Under the pieces are notes generated by a model. The model saw nothing but the letters and a program-made list of their open reading frames with translations, was not told the DNA's origin and made no database searches. Shown here one piece after another: positions 11,742 to 23,765 of a DNA stretch of 64,000 nucleotides. Position numbers and translations under genes: made by a program. Source of the DNA: Octopus vulgaris (Eukaryota); assembly GCA_951406725.2 (NCBI GenBank), contig OX597836.1, positions 48,422,001 through 48,486,000 of the forward strand. The letters are read 5' to 3'. Within the stretch, counting starts at the first letter, position 1; each line of letters opens with the position of its first letter.

Positions 11742-13010
11742 CGACGATACATCATCAAAATGTGGAGGAGTTTCGGATCAGGACGCCCACATAAGTAGGA
11801 TTTTCCCTCTTTTGACGAGGATTTCCCCATTTCCCCCCACCATAGCCTTCGAAATGATGGCAGGGGATTGTATGATTTGTATGAAAAATTTTTTTGAAAA
11901 TATATGATTTTTTTTTCTCAGTATCTTCAATATTTAAAAAAATTATGAACAGAAAAAATAGTGGTGGGGTGTTTGAAAATGTCATAAATTTTCAAAATTT
12001 TCTTAAAAGTGTAAATGTGTTTATGGGCAAAAAAGTATTGAAAAACATCAATACATGTGAGTGTGAAAAACAAACGAGGGGGGGGGGGTCGTGGGATGCG
12101 CTAGAAACAACAGCCGAATCTCCCTTTGATCGTCATACGCATTTTCGTTTGAAAATATTTCCAGTTTTTTTTTTTCTTTTACTGAAAAGGCTTCTGCAAT
12201 AGTTTTTCAGTGCGTAGTGTGTCTCCCACCCCATGAAAAAAAAATTGGCCAAAATCTATCGGAGGGAGGAGGTAGAAAGAGGGTTGAAAGGAAAAAAAAA
12301 ATCATAAATTTTCAAAAAATCTATTTCAGAAAAAGAAGCCCCACCGTCCTCGTTGCGAGGTGGAAAAAATAATTGGAAAAATTCCTGTGAAAACAGAAAA
12401 TGCAACTTGTGTGGGCGTCCTGATTGGAAAGTTGGTCAATAAAGTTACTTTAATGTCTCAGTTAATGGATGTCTGTGTTTAGAAGTGAAACAGGCAAATG
12501 CTTAGAATATTGGGGAAAGTCTCAATTATTAAATGGGAGACGAATATGTGAGGGTGTGAGGGTGTGTGTGTGTGTATGAGAGAGAGAGAGAGGGAGAAAG
12601 AGAGAGAGAGAGAGTATGTGTGAATGTGAAAGTGTTTATGAGAGCTGGAGGAGAAAGAAAGTGTGTGTGTGTGTGTATGAGTGTGTGTGTGTGTGTGTGT
12701 GTATGTGTGTGTGTGTATGAGTGTGTGTGTGTGTGTGTGTATGTGTGTGTGTGTATGAGTGTGTGTGTGTGTGTGAATAAGGATATCGAAGAAGCTGATG
12801 AGATGGCAAGGACAAGGTGGACGGTGTGACGTATGTTGCAGGTGGGGAGAGAAAATAAGCTGGGGGCGGGGGGGGGGAACGCATTTCACCATACATGTGC
12901 GCGCGCACACGCAAGCTTATGCGTCTCTCTCCCTCCCTCCCTCTCTCTCTCGCTCTACACACACACACACACACGCACATCGAAAACAATTGTGAGTAAG
13001 AGGACGAAAC

Positions 13011-13310
13011 CTGATAGAAAGGGAATCCCATGTTTTTAATCCAGTCCGCAACATCTTCTATAGTCCAGGTGAAGAAGGTAAGGTCTCGCTCGGCTGGACT
13101 CACTTCTGCATCCCCTTCGTCCACTTCTTTCTCTTCATCCCCTTCGTCCTCTTCTTTCTCTTCACCCCCTTCGTCCTCTTCTTTCTCTTCACCCCCTTCG
13201 TCCTCTTCTTTCTCTTCATCCCCTTCGTCCTCTTCTATCTCTTCACCCCCTTCGTCCTCTTCTTTCTCTTCATTCTTCTCAACACCGTCGTCATCATTGG
13301 ACGACTCCAT
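13011..13310 (-). CDS. SAMD15: SAM domain protein 15-like, exon 1 (acidic repeat plus SAM start)
   Basis: ATG at 13310. MESSNDDDG..(EEKEEDEGG)n..LTFFTWTIEDVADWIKNMGFPFYQ, then CAG|GT donor at 13010, 300 nt, phase 0. The spliced product is 234 aa. Confidence 0.88.
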
Positions 13311-13315
13311 CTTTG

Positions 13316-13329
13316 GTTGTCAAGGAAAC
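13316..13329. promoter_or_regulatory. RFX X-box-like motif just upstream of the SAMD15 start codon
   Basis: GTTGTCAAGGAAAC resembles the X-box consensus GTTNCCATGGNAAC. Confidence 0.5.
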
Positions 13330-13499
13330 TGGACATAAACAGTGTCCAGAGTTACTTCCCTTAGATCACTGTCGCTTGCATCCCCCCCACCCACCCTCTT
13401 CACTCGTGAAGTTCCGGAGATTTAAATTGTAATGAAATTTTATTTACTAATATACACTTTAAAAAGATATATAAAAAAAGAAAAATGGAGAAAAAAAGT

Positions 13500-14190
13500 G
13501 GGTAGTGCAGCCGAAGATGGACGGGGCAGGGCGATGGGCCACATGTCTCAGAAATGATACACAGCCGCACTCTGCTGTAATGACCGCGATGGCGTTGCCC
13601 CGGGGAACGAACAGCGACGCTGGCTGCAGTGGCCACTCCATCTTGCAGGGCTTATTTCCCCGACGAGTCACCGCTAGACCTATTTTGTGGTGGAAATCGG
13701 GAGCACGGTGTCCCAGAACACCTGACGCCTCGACGGCGACCGGCGCAAACTGGTTGCGGTCGGCCGGGTCGCTGTACTCATTGTTCTTTCTCTCCTCCGC
13801 GTTACGGGTGGCAACACCGGAGTGTGCGACAGGTGCTGCGAATTGGGAGCCAGAGAATGTGTCGCTACACGTCGTGTCTCACACTAGGGATCTGCTTTCC
13901 CCGAATGAGAAAAGGGTTTTCCCGTCGGGGCGCTAACCGTCGCCGTGGTCAAAACCTGCAGGCGACGGGAAGCCAGCTACATCAAGGCTCCTTCTGATTA
14001 TATCAAACGGAATGGGTGTGTCGGGGGAACTGGCCCGTGCTAAAGCTGCAGGCCTTAAGGATACAGGCCGAATTCGTCTACCACTACTGTACGAGAACCC
14101 ATCGAATTGGTTATGTGTGAATGGAAGGGCCAGGCTTGCCACACACAATGCTGTGACGAGTCTGCAGAAAGTACTAAATGGTGCTTAGTG
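13500..14190 (+). mobile_element. CpG-rich segment, possible degenerate L1/Tx1-like ORF2 3' remnant
   Basis: Abrupt GC/CpG island. Peptide fragments RCPR..SLYSLFF, LLSPNEKRVF, LTVAVVK and LKLQALRIQAEF in shifting frames weakly recall the Tx1 ORF2 C-terminus. Confidence 0.3.
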
Positions 14191-14349
14191 AGTCACACAA
14201 AACTTTAACAGGTAACTTTCTATATAGATAAAAAAAATTGGCGAAAACCTCGTTGTTACAACTCGGTGACAGGGCTTCTTTACAGTCGTTTTAACTGCTA
14301 GAAATAACACCTTAATTTAATAAAACAAAAGCAGAACAAATTTGATAAT

Positions 14350-14765
14350 GAGCATACCTACACAAGTGTCCCCGCCGACTAAGTTTTCTCATAACTTTCA
14401 GAAGAAAAGATATTTTTTAACGAAATTTTCTACAAATACCTTTCAGATGGTGTAAATCCTTACTATATCAGAATTTAATGTGTTGGGCGCGTTGGCACAC
14501 ATCACGTATTTTTTTTCAAACTGCACCTGAGCACTGTATACAATAATTTCATTGTTATATTATTTAAGTTTCATTTTGTAGACATGTGATACGTGTCTGT
14601 GTCAGTATGTATGGTTATTTCTTTATATAGATAATATGATCATAATCTACATCAGTTCAAAGGTATTTGTAGAGAATTTCATTAATAAATATCCACTTTC
14701 CTGAAAGTATTGAAGAAACAAAATCGGCGTTGGGTGGGAGTGGGGACACTCGGGTGCGTGTGCCT
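14350..14765. mobile_element. Short member of the foldback family
   Basis: Inverted arms CATAACTTTCAG..TTCTACAAATACCTTT / AAAGGTATTTGTAGA..CTGAAAGT. Confidence 0.65.
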
Positions 14766-16460
14766 AATAATGTAGTCCTTGATACACTACAGATGAAAAC
14801 AAAAACAATAAAAAAGAAAGAAACGGGACGATCACTGCGAGAACGTTTTTGATCGTAGGTATACTCGGCTAATTATGACCCAGGACTACACAATAGACAT
14901 TAACATTCTTCCTTTCGTTCATTGCTGAATGTCAACGAATTTCTAGTTTTGTATCGCGAGTGCATTAGTCTCAATTTCCGTGGAAAACTTTTGCTCTTTG
15001 TCTTTCATAGCTTCGGAGGTGATAACACAAATTACCGCTTAAAATTCCGATGTAGACTCACAACCCAATAAGGCAACCGACATGTAAATGCAATTGTAAC
15101 AGGAGAATGTATTTTTATAGGCGTAAAGTGGATGTCGATCCACTCTTGAATTTGTATTTGTGTGTGTATGTGTCTTCTTTTAGCTTTTACTTGTTTCAGT
15201 CATTGGACTTTGGCCATTCCATCGGTAAGTTACGGGGACGTAAACAAACCAATTCCGGTTATCAAATGGTGAACGAAAATGTGGGTCCCTAAAGGTAAAG
15301 AGTGAATATGCTTGCTACAAGTTGTTACGCATTGGGAAAATTCCGTTGTTAAAGATGACGGGGAGATCCGTTAATGATTTTGATGTAAGCAAATTGGTTT
15401 TCCTTTTGAAGAGATGTGAAAGGCCATTGCTACGGTATTCAGTCATTGGATTGCGACCACGCTGGGTCTACGCTTTGAAAGGTTTATTTAGTCGGGTACG
15501 CTAGCGGCAGTGCTTATTTTTTTAAAGCCTTGTACATATTCTATCGGTCTTTTGCCGAAACGGTAAGTTACGAGGACGTAAATAAACAAACACCGGTTTT
15601 CAAACTGTGTTTGGGGAGTGGGGCGTAAACGCAAACACACACATCCATACGACAGGCTTCTACACAGTTTCCGTTAACCGGATTCACTGACAAAGTATAG
15701 GTCGGGCGAGGGCTATAGAAGAGGCCCAACACGCCGCGTAATGAGGCTGAAACCGAAACCACATGGTTAGAAAGTGGGCTTCTTAACCACATAACCATGA
15801 ACCATGAAAAAGGAGGAGATATAAAAAAGAATTGGGAAGAAATAGAAATAAAGCCAAAAACCGCCAGCCATTACTCATGTCAGTGAATCAGGTTTCTGAA
15901 AGTAGTTTTACCGTTCAGTGGATATCAACTGTGAGTGATGATGACACACAAGTATGACTAAAGCTGGATGACAAGATGACGGGGGGAGGGGAGTGTATAG
16001 CTACTTGAGGGTAGTTTCCCTTGTATCTTTTACACTAGGTTACCCAGGTAGGCAGTCATACATACACGCGTGATCTCTGTTTTCCTATACCAACACGCCT
16101 ATGTGTGTGTGTGTGTGTGTGTGGGGAGGCGGCATAAATATAGGTTTGGTAATACAAACAGTAAATTTAACTCATGATGAATATGTGTTTTGCCTTATGA
16201 CAAGCAGTGGCATGAAACCTGAGTCACAACACAGTCTCAGCTCCAGTTTTAATTATATATTTATATATCAATCATAAGGGTACACAAATGCGCCCGCTTG
16301 CTAGAAATAAGAGTTAAAACCTTCATTTGAACCACCAATAATAACACTGAAAATTAACAGTAGTCGGACGAACGGGTCAAAGGAGATCTTTCACTTACAT
16401 ATATAGCCCAATGCCATATAAATATTCACTCCTTATTGGTATATATATATATATAAATAT

Positions 16461-16656
16461 GTAGGTCCCGGGTTGATTCGGGGTTAACCACAGTAAATAA
16501 GGTACTCAATACATAGCAGAGTAAAATTAATTTATTATATAGAAGGAGCTTCTACAGGACTAGAACTGTTTCATTCAAGAGAAATCTTCAGGAAGCTTCC
16601 TGAAGATTTCTCTTGAATGAAACAGTTCTAGTCCTGTAGAAGCTCCTTCTATATAA

Positions 16657-16661
<5 letters not shown>
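16461..16661. mobile_element. Penelope-like element terminus with inverted duplication (perfect 132-bp palindrome 16530-16661)
   Basis: Exact spacerless palindrome centred on AAG|CTT (16595/16596). It contains a CTGAAGA...GAAAC core and an AATAAA. Inverted terminal duplications with hammerhead cores are typical of Penelope-like elements. Confidence 0.65.
16591..16646 (+). ncRNA. Type I hammerhead ribozyme-like motif (identical copy on minus strand at 16545-16600)
   Basis: Stem I GGA(A)GCTTC/GAAGCTCC; core CTGAAGA 16600-16606; stem II t-TTC-tctt-GAA-t; GAAA 16619-16622; stem III CAG/CTG with loop TTCTAGTC; GUA cleavage triplet ending at 16638. Folded by eye. Confidence 0.6.
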
Positions 16662-16690
<29 letters not shown>

Positions 16691-16693
16691 TAC

Positions 16694-17092
16694 GCAGGAG
16701 TGGCTGTGTGGTAAGTAGCTTGTTTACCAACCACATGGTTCCGGGTTCAGTCCCACTGCGTGGCACCTTGGGCAAGTGTCTTCTACTATAGCCTCGGGCT
16801 GACCAAAGCCTTGTGAGTGGATTTGGTAGACGGAAACTGAAAGAAGCCCGTCGTATATATGTATATATATATATAAGTGTGTGTGTATGTTTGTGTGTCT
16901 GTGTGTGTCCCCCTAGCATAGCTTGACAACTGATGCTGGTGTGTTTATGTCCCCGTCACTTAGCGGTTCAGCAAAAGAGACCAATAGAATAAGTACTGGG
17001 CTTACAAAGAATAAGTCCTGGGGTCGAGCTGCTCGATTAAAGGCGGTGCTCCAGCATGGCCGCAGTCAAATGACTGAAACAAGTAAAAAGAG
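16694..17092 (+). mobile_element. tRNA-derived SINE family A, full-length copy
   Basis: Head with A/B boxes (TGGCTGTGTGG..GGTTCAGTCCC), CORE-like CCTTGGGCAAGT, internal (TA)/(TG) tract and tail ..GACTGAAACAAGTAAAAG. More than 10 related copies in the window. Confidence 0.9.
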
Positions 17093-17112
17093 AAAGAAAA
17101 GAGATACACACA

Positions 17113-17353
17113 CAGTGGCGGACTGGGTCTAAAAATATTGGTTGCCAGGAGACTAAGGGGTCCCAGCCGCAACTACAGTGCTATATTCTTTTCAATTATC
17201 TACAAACATGGCCAGTCTGAAAATAATTAATGCATTCTTTCTGGAGTGAATAAAAAATTCTCAAACTTGAGGAGATGGGCCCCTTAGATACTAACACGGG
17301 CTCCCATATATGGATTCTAACGGTGCAGGGGCCCACTGGCCAGTCTGCCGCTG
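17113..17353. mobile_element. hAT-like MITE
   Basis: TIRs CAGTGGCGGACTGG / CCAGTCTGCCGCTG, inserted in a (CA)n context. Confidence 0.6.
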
Positions 17354-20300
17354 CACACATACACACTCTTCTACTTGTTTCAGATATTGGAGTGCAGCCA
17401 TGCTGGAGCACCACATTGTAGGCTTAAATAGATTGACATCAGTATTCATTCTACTGGTTTCTTTTGCTGAACTGCTAAGTTACAAGGACATAAACAAACC
17501 AACACCATTTGTCAAGTAGTGACACACATTTCCTATTGTGAACTTATAAAGGGACGTAGCAGTGTTGGTGCACTTTGTAAAGGATTCAAAGATGCATTGA
17601 AAGCAACCCTGAATTATCAACTGAAACCCATAGAAGGACCTGGTTCAAGATGAATCTGCAATGAAATGAGGTGAGCAGCAGGGACTGGAAGGCTTTTGAA
17701 TCATTATGAATCTCTTGAGCAGAGTTTTTAAAAAAGGGGAAGCTCATAAATGATGACGTAACAAGTGTGGTATAAGAGAAGATCAATATGAAGTCTGTGA
17801 TTGATATTTCTCCACCAGAACAAATCTTCTCAGTCACTGAACAACATGTAAATGAGAAATCCTCTTCTTTTCTTCCTTCTTTCTTTACTGCAGTCTGTAG
17901 CTGTTAGGTCATTGCTGTTTCACCCGAAACAGCTGTTAAGATAGACCTAGTGCACAAATCCAGTGTTTTTTTATTTTTGTATTCTTTACTCCTTACTGTT
18001 TCTTTTTGTATTCTATGTAAATATACTTATTAAACCTCCTTGCATTTATCCGCTTTTCTAATTCTGAGTGTGTGCGTGTGTAGGTGCAGTATGGCTGAAG
18101 AGTTAAGAAGCTCCCTTGGCAATAATGAGGTCCTGGTTTCAAATCTACTGCATGGCACCTTGGACAAGAGTCCCTTTCAATAACCTCAAATGAAGCCATA
18201 CCATGTAAGCAAATTTGGGTAAATGGAAAATGTATGGAAACCCAATGAGACTGTACCTGTAATTGAACTGGTAGAGCCTTGTCACACAATTTCAGGCTGA
18301 TTTCACCTGAGAATTACATTGATACACTTGGTAGTGAGATACTCAGCCACATACATGTTAATTCAACTCATTGTGCAGACTAGACATTTCACGCAGATAT
18401 CAATACAACTCCACACCTCTTCTAGCTGTACTCTCATATACAGCAAATCAAGTCAGACAGGACCTTCAATACATCCACATGCTAACACTTTGGTTTCGTA
18501 GATAAGCAGTTTGAAATCTTGCCTCAAATACACATAAAACTGTAGCACTACAGGTGTGTCAACATCTCTCAGTTGATTCTTCCAACTTTAAACAGGTAAA
18601 AATACAAACTTCTTTATATATTTACACTTTGATGAAATAACTTTACAAACCACCACTTTGCAGGTTTTAAACATCCTTCCCAGAACTAATTTACAAATTC
18701 TTGTTTCTAACCCTCCAACTCATAAATTATCAACATTTAGTAAAACAAAAGTTCTGTATTTGTTGGTCTTTTCCACTTTATTCAAGGATAACAATGTAGA
18801 TCTGATGTGAAAAGAGAAGTCATAGATTTATAATGTATAAATCCTCATTTAATGTCCACTTTTCCATGCTTGCATGGGTCAGACGGAATTTGTTGAATCA
18901 GGTTTTCTATCCCTAGGTGCCATTCCTGTCATCAGCCCTCACCTGTTTCCAAGCAAAGTAATATTCTTCAATAGCAAGAGAGATTTTTCACACAACACTG
19001 GAAATAAACACTAACAATTGTATAATGGTGATGTTTGACTACCACCATCACACATGATGTCAAGATGAGGGGCTCCTTTCAGTTTCCATGTACCAAATCC
19101 TTCTATGAAGCTTTAGTCCAGCCAAGGTTATAATAGAAGACACCTGGGACTGAATCAAAGGCCATTATGGTCTTCACCACAGCTTATACTCACACCTTAA
19201 TTACACACACACATATGCTTGCCCACTTGGCAGCACCTTCGGTATCTTCTGCTACAGCACTGACCAAACCCTTGGCAGTAGATTTGGTTGAGTGAAGCTT
19301 GTTGTATACATGTGTGTTTGTGTATCACCTTGTCTTGACATTATGTAATAGTTGTAATTAAATGTGATATCATTCCATTCCAATTTTCTATGCAAATATA
19401 TCTAGTAATGGGATAAAATGCTAATGATTTCCAGATGACCAATATCAAATTTACCAATTACACAGTCAGTACAAAGAAAAACCAAGTCTAAAGGAGAGCA
19501 AAATGTAGCCATAGTTTAACAGTGGAAGACCATGGAAGACATGGGAAGAAAGTGTCAAGTTGGATCTTGGAGTCTTGTTGAGGTTTAGTTCCAGGGTAGA
19601 AGCGGTAATCATTGCAATTTTTTTCTGGGCATTGTGTAGCCTGGAATACATTATCAAATGTTTCCCTTCTTAAAACAGTAGAATGTGATTTGTAGGAGAT
19701 TTAACTGCTAGATTTAGGTTTGATTGGACATGTAGAGTTAGTCTTGCAGATATTTGGTGACATAGGTACGAGTGGTGATGCCAGAATGGAAAAAGAGTTT
19801 GTATTTAGCAGATAAAACACTTGGTCTTGAAATTTGACAACTTAAATATAAGAGAATTATTTACAGATACAAAGCTTCAAGAACAATAAACAAAACCCTG
19901 CACAAATCGAGGACTAACATATTGATCAATTTAACACCATCATTGGGACCCAGGTAAGACACTTGGAGGCCAAATCATTTTTTCTTTCTGAAGACAACCA
20001 GATGTTCAGGCGGACCTTCAGCTATATCAGTAAGGGAGGATCGTCAGCAAAGCTAATAAGCAGGGTCCTCAAAAGTAAGTATGGTTCCTACAGTGATTGG
20101 TGAAGAGAGCAATATTCTAGCACAAAAAGCTGCAAATACCAAATTTGATAGGAAGCATTCAGTTGGCAGCAAATACTCATCAGAGTTTGTGTGTTTAGGA
20201 AAAAGTCGTGTCTCTAAGCTTCAAGAAGGAGCTGAGATGTGACATTGATAAACTTAGGAGAAAATCCAATAATAACTAATAATAGTTCTTTCTACTATAT

Positions 20301-20505
20301 GGGCACACGGCCTGAAATTTAGTGGGGACGGGGCTAAGTGATTAGATTGACCCCCTTCCCCCCCCCCCCAAGTACCTGATTGGTGTTTATTTTATCAACC
20401 CCCAAAAGATGAAAGGCAAAGTAAATCTCTGTGATTTTAAATTCAAAATGAGCCACAAGAAATGCTGTGAGTATTTGGTCCAATGTTCTTATGATCTTAC
20501 CAGTC

Positions 20506-20550
<45 letters not shown>

Positions 20551-20553
20551 CAA

Positions 20554-20780
20554 GGCGACGAGCTGGCAGAATGGTTAGCACGCCGGGCAAAATGCTTAGC
20601 GGTATTTCATCTGCCGTTACGTTCTGAGTTCAAATTCCGCCGAGGTCGACTTTGCCTTTCATCCTTTCGGGGTCGATAAATTAAGTACCAGTTACGCACT
20701 GGGGTCGATGTGATCGACTTAATCCGTTTGTCAATCCTTGTTTGTCCCCTCTATGTTTAGCCCCTTGTGGGTAGTAAAGA
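20554..20780 (+). mobile_element. tRNA-derived SINE family B with Meta-like central domain
   Basis: Head GGCGACGAGCTGGCAGAATGG..GAGTTCAAATTCC, then GCCTTTCATCCTTTCGGGGTCGATAAA..AGTACCAG (MetaSINE-like core), flanked by (AAT)n. Dozens of copies in the window. Confidence 0.85.
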
Positions 20781-20929
20781 TTTTAATAATAATAATAATA
20801 ATAATGGTTTCAAATATTGCCACAAGGGCAGCAATTTCAGGGAGTGGGTTAAGTCAATTACATTGATCTGAAGCAAGATGGTGGTGGAGCAGGTGATGCA
20901 GCAGAAATTTGCCTGAAACTATCAAATAT

Positions 20930-20979
<50 letters not shown>

Positions 20980-21393
20980 GAGGTCTGATGCAATTCTTGG
21001 TTCAAGTTGTAAGAATATGGCAAATGAAGTTGTTTAAATTTCTTTAAATTTTTATTTCAATATTATTTTTATCTGTTTTAATAGAAAATATGCTTTTAAG
21101 AGAAATAATCTTTTCAGGGGGAGGGAGGAAAAAAAACAAAAACAATTCTAAACTAAAAAAAAATAATACTCATAAATAAAATAAAAATGAAATGAAAAAA
21201 TGCTGAATAAAAAAAAATCAGAATAAATTATGAGTTGCTATTTTTAGACAGGAAATAATACTTCCGTTTCTCTGTCTGATTAGTTTGAGTTTATAGAGAG
21301 ATTTGGTGTGTGCACACACACAAATATATACACTCTTAATATATGTATGTAGAAGTGTGTGTGTGTTTGTTTGTATGTATGTATGTATGTATG

Positions 21394-21447
<54 letters not shown>

Positions 21448-21614
21448 GGGCCTTGAAAAAGACCTTTTAGAATTTAAATGATATATACAATTTTGTATTA
21501 TTTTTAACATATATTTTTAATATCGCTGCTATTTTGTTGCAGATATCTTTTGACACACACATAAATATATGTGTGTGTGTGTGTGTGTATATATACATAC
21601 ACACAAACACATAC

Positions 21615-21648
<34 letters not shown>

Positions 21649-21971
21649 TTACAAAAATGTCTTTATCAAAAGATGAGAGAATATTCTTGACTTCACAGTC
21701 TGAAAAATGGCACAAAATAACTGTAAAGTGGCCAAGCATAGTTAAGTGATGAGGGAAGTTCAGGTGTGGGGTGGCCGGGTGGATGGCAACGGCACAGATC
21801 CAGCTACCCTGTAACTCCTGAGCCATGGCATTCAACAGGGGGAGGTAGGTGAAGAGGGAGAGAGCCAGAGAGGGAGATGAGATGAGGTGTACATTAATCT
21901 CAACTAATGACAGTTGTTAATCAGTTGAATGCTGAGGAGACTTTTGAATCACAATATGCATCTGTATTAAT

Positions 21972-22039
<68 letters not shown>

Positions 22040-22075
22040 GACATATATATATATACATATATATATATACATCTA

Positions 22076-22135
<60 letters not shown>

Positions 22136-22774
22136 TAATCTGATCTAAGTTTTGCCCATTGTTGGCTCACTGCATGGGGAACAGGCCTTTTCCTTTGCCA
22201 GATTTGTATGTGTGTGTGTGTGTGTGTGTGTGCGTGCGCGTGCAAATGTTAATGTGTGATGGTGTTAGTATAAAACAAAGTTGTAACATGAGGGGTGGTG
22301 GTGGTGGTGGTGGATGGACTGTGAGAGAAAAGAATGGGCAGTGAAGTCCATCAGGTTGCTGTTATACTTCTGAAGAAAATGTGCGTTTCGTGTGTGAAGA
22401 TTCTGTAGCATAAACAGAGAAGCAGACAAACAATTACACACACACACATAGAGAGAGGACATCATATTGCGTATGTTGGAGGGCATCACCTCAACCATGT
22501 CATGCACACACATTCCACCAGCCCCACCACCCTCATCAAATACCCACGCACTTTATGTTGTGTCCAGTTTGTTAATTACATAAAACTAGCCAAGTATATA
22601 ATTATATATATGTTCCCAGCAAGCTTATTCAATATATATATATGTGTGTGTGTGTGTTTATAAATATACATATTTGTGTGAATATATATCTATATACACA
22701 CACTCACACACATTATTAAATGTAACCAAGTATGTGTGTATGAATGTATATAAAAATGTATATCTATGTGTGTG

Positions 22775-22824
<50 letters not shown>

Positions 22825-23428
22825 TTTTCATGTAGGTGTACATCTATATAGTCTTAGTTTGTATATACAAATGCATTGCCATTCCCTCAGATTCTTGCTA
22901 GTATTTCTGTTGTAGTTGTAGTTGTTGGTCACTACAAATGTTGCTGCTAGCAGGAGTCATCACAGAACATCTTACACAAGACACACCATCACTGTTGTCT
23001 CTGCTCACAGACCGGACATCTCGTACAAGACATCATCATCATCATCATCATCACCACTGTTGTCGTCTCTGCCAACTGACCAAACACAGCATCATTGCTA
23101 ATTGAAGTTTCATTGGTTTTTATTATTTTAAATATTTAACTCTTGTTTTCAGATTTTTGTTTTGTCTCCTCAGAATATATGTATGAATAAATATATATAT
23201 ATATACACACACACACATATATATATATATACATGGGTATGTAAGTGTGTGTATGTGTGTATGCACACATATATATACATACACAAACATGCATATACAT
23301 AAACATATTTGTGTGTGTATACATATACACACATGTAAATGTATATATACATATGTGTGTATATAAACAAACACATGCATACACACAGAAGTATACATAT
23401 AATGTACATGTATATGTGTGTGTGTCTA

Positions 23429-23462
<34 letters not shown>

Positions 23463-23673
23463 ACAATGAGTGCATGTGTATACATATATATGTATGTATA
23501 TGTATGTGTGTGTATATTATGTATGTTTTGGTAACAGTTCCATCCAAAATGAGAATCCTAAAGTTCACAATGTTTGTTCCACAGACTTAGCAGTCTGTTG
23601 CATGTTATCTTTTAATCGTTTATAATATCTGTGTAATATTATTATTATTATTGTTATTATTATGATTATTGTG

Positions 23674-23765
23674 TCATGAGCGATATTTGTTTCCATCTTG
23701 TTGGATTTTGTAATGCACCAGCCTCATGGCGGCAATAGCATCTTCTTGGCTGTCATGTCCATCAA
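23674..23765 (-). CDS. REXO1: RNA exonuclease 1 homolog, last coding exon (ExoIII H and D)
   Basis: ctgttgcag|TT GAT GGA CAT.., phase 1. (I)DGHDSQEDAIAAMRLVHYKIQQDGNKYRS*. Confidence 0.92.

Noticed and set aside
11426-11830. Poly-I, poly-D, poly-S and poly-M ORFs
   Set aside because: Translations of the (CAT)n microsatellite, with no splice or homology support.
17586-17837. 83-aa minus-strand ORF in non-repetitive sequence
   Set aside because: No homology recognised and no neighbouring exons to link.
21280-23590. Many YI/HT/CV-rich ORFs (also around 12479-12910, 27800-28150, 47828-48254, 58208-58663)
   Set aside because: Dinucleotide microsatellite artefacts.
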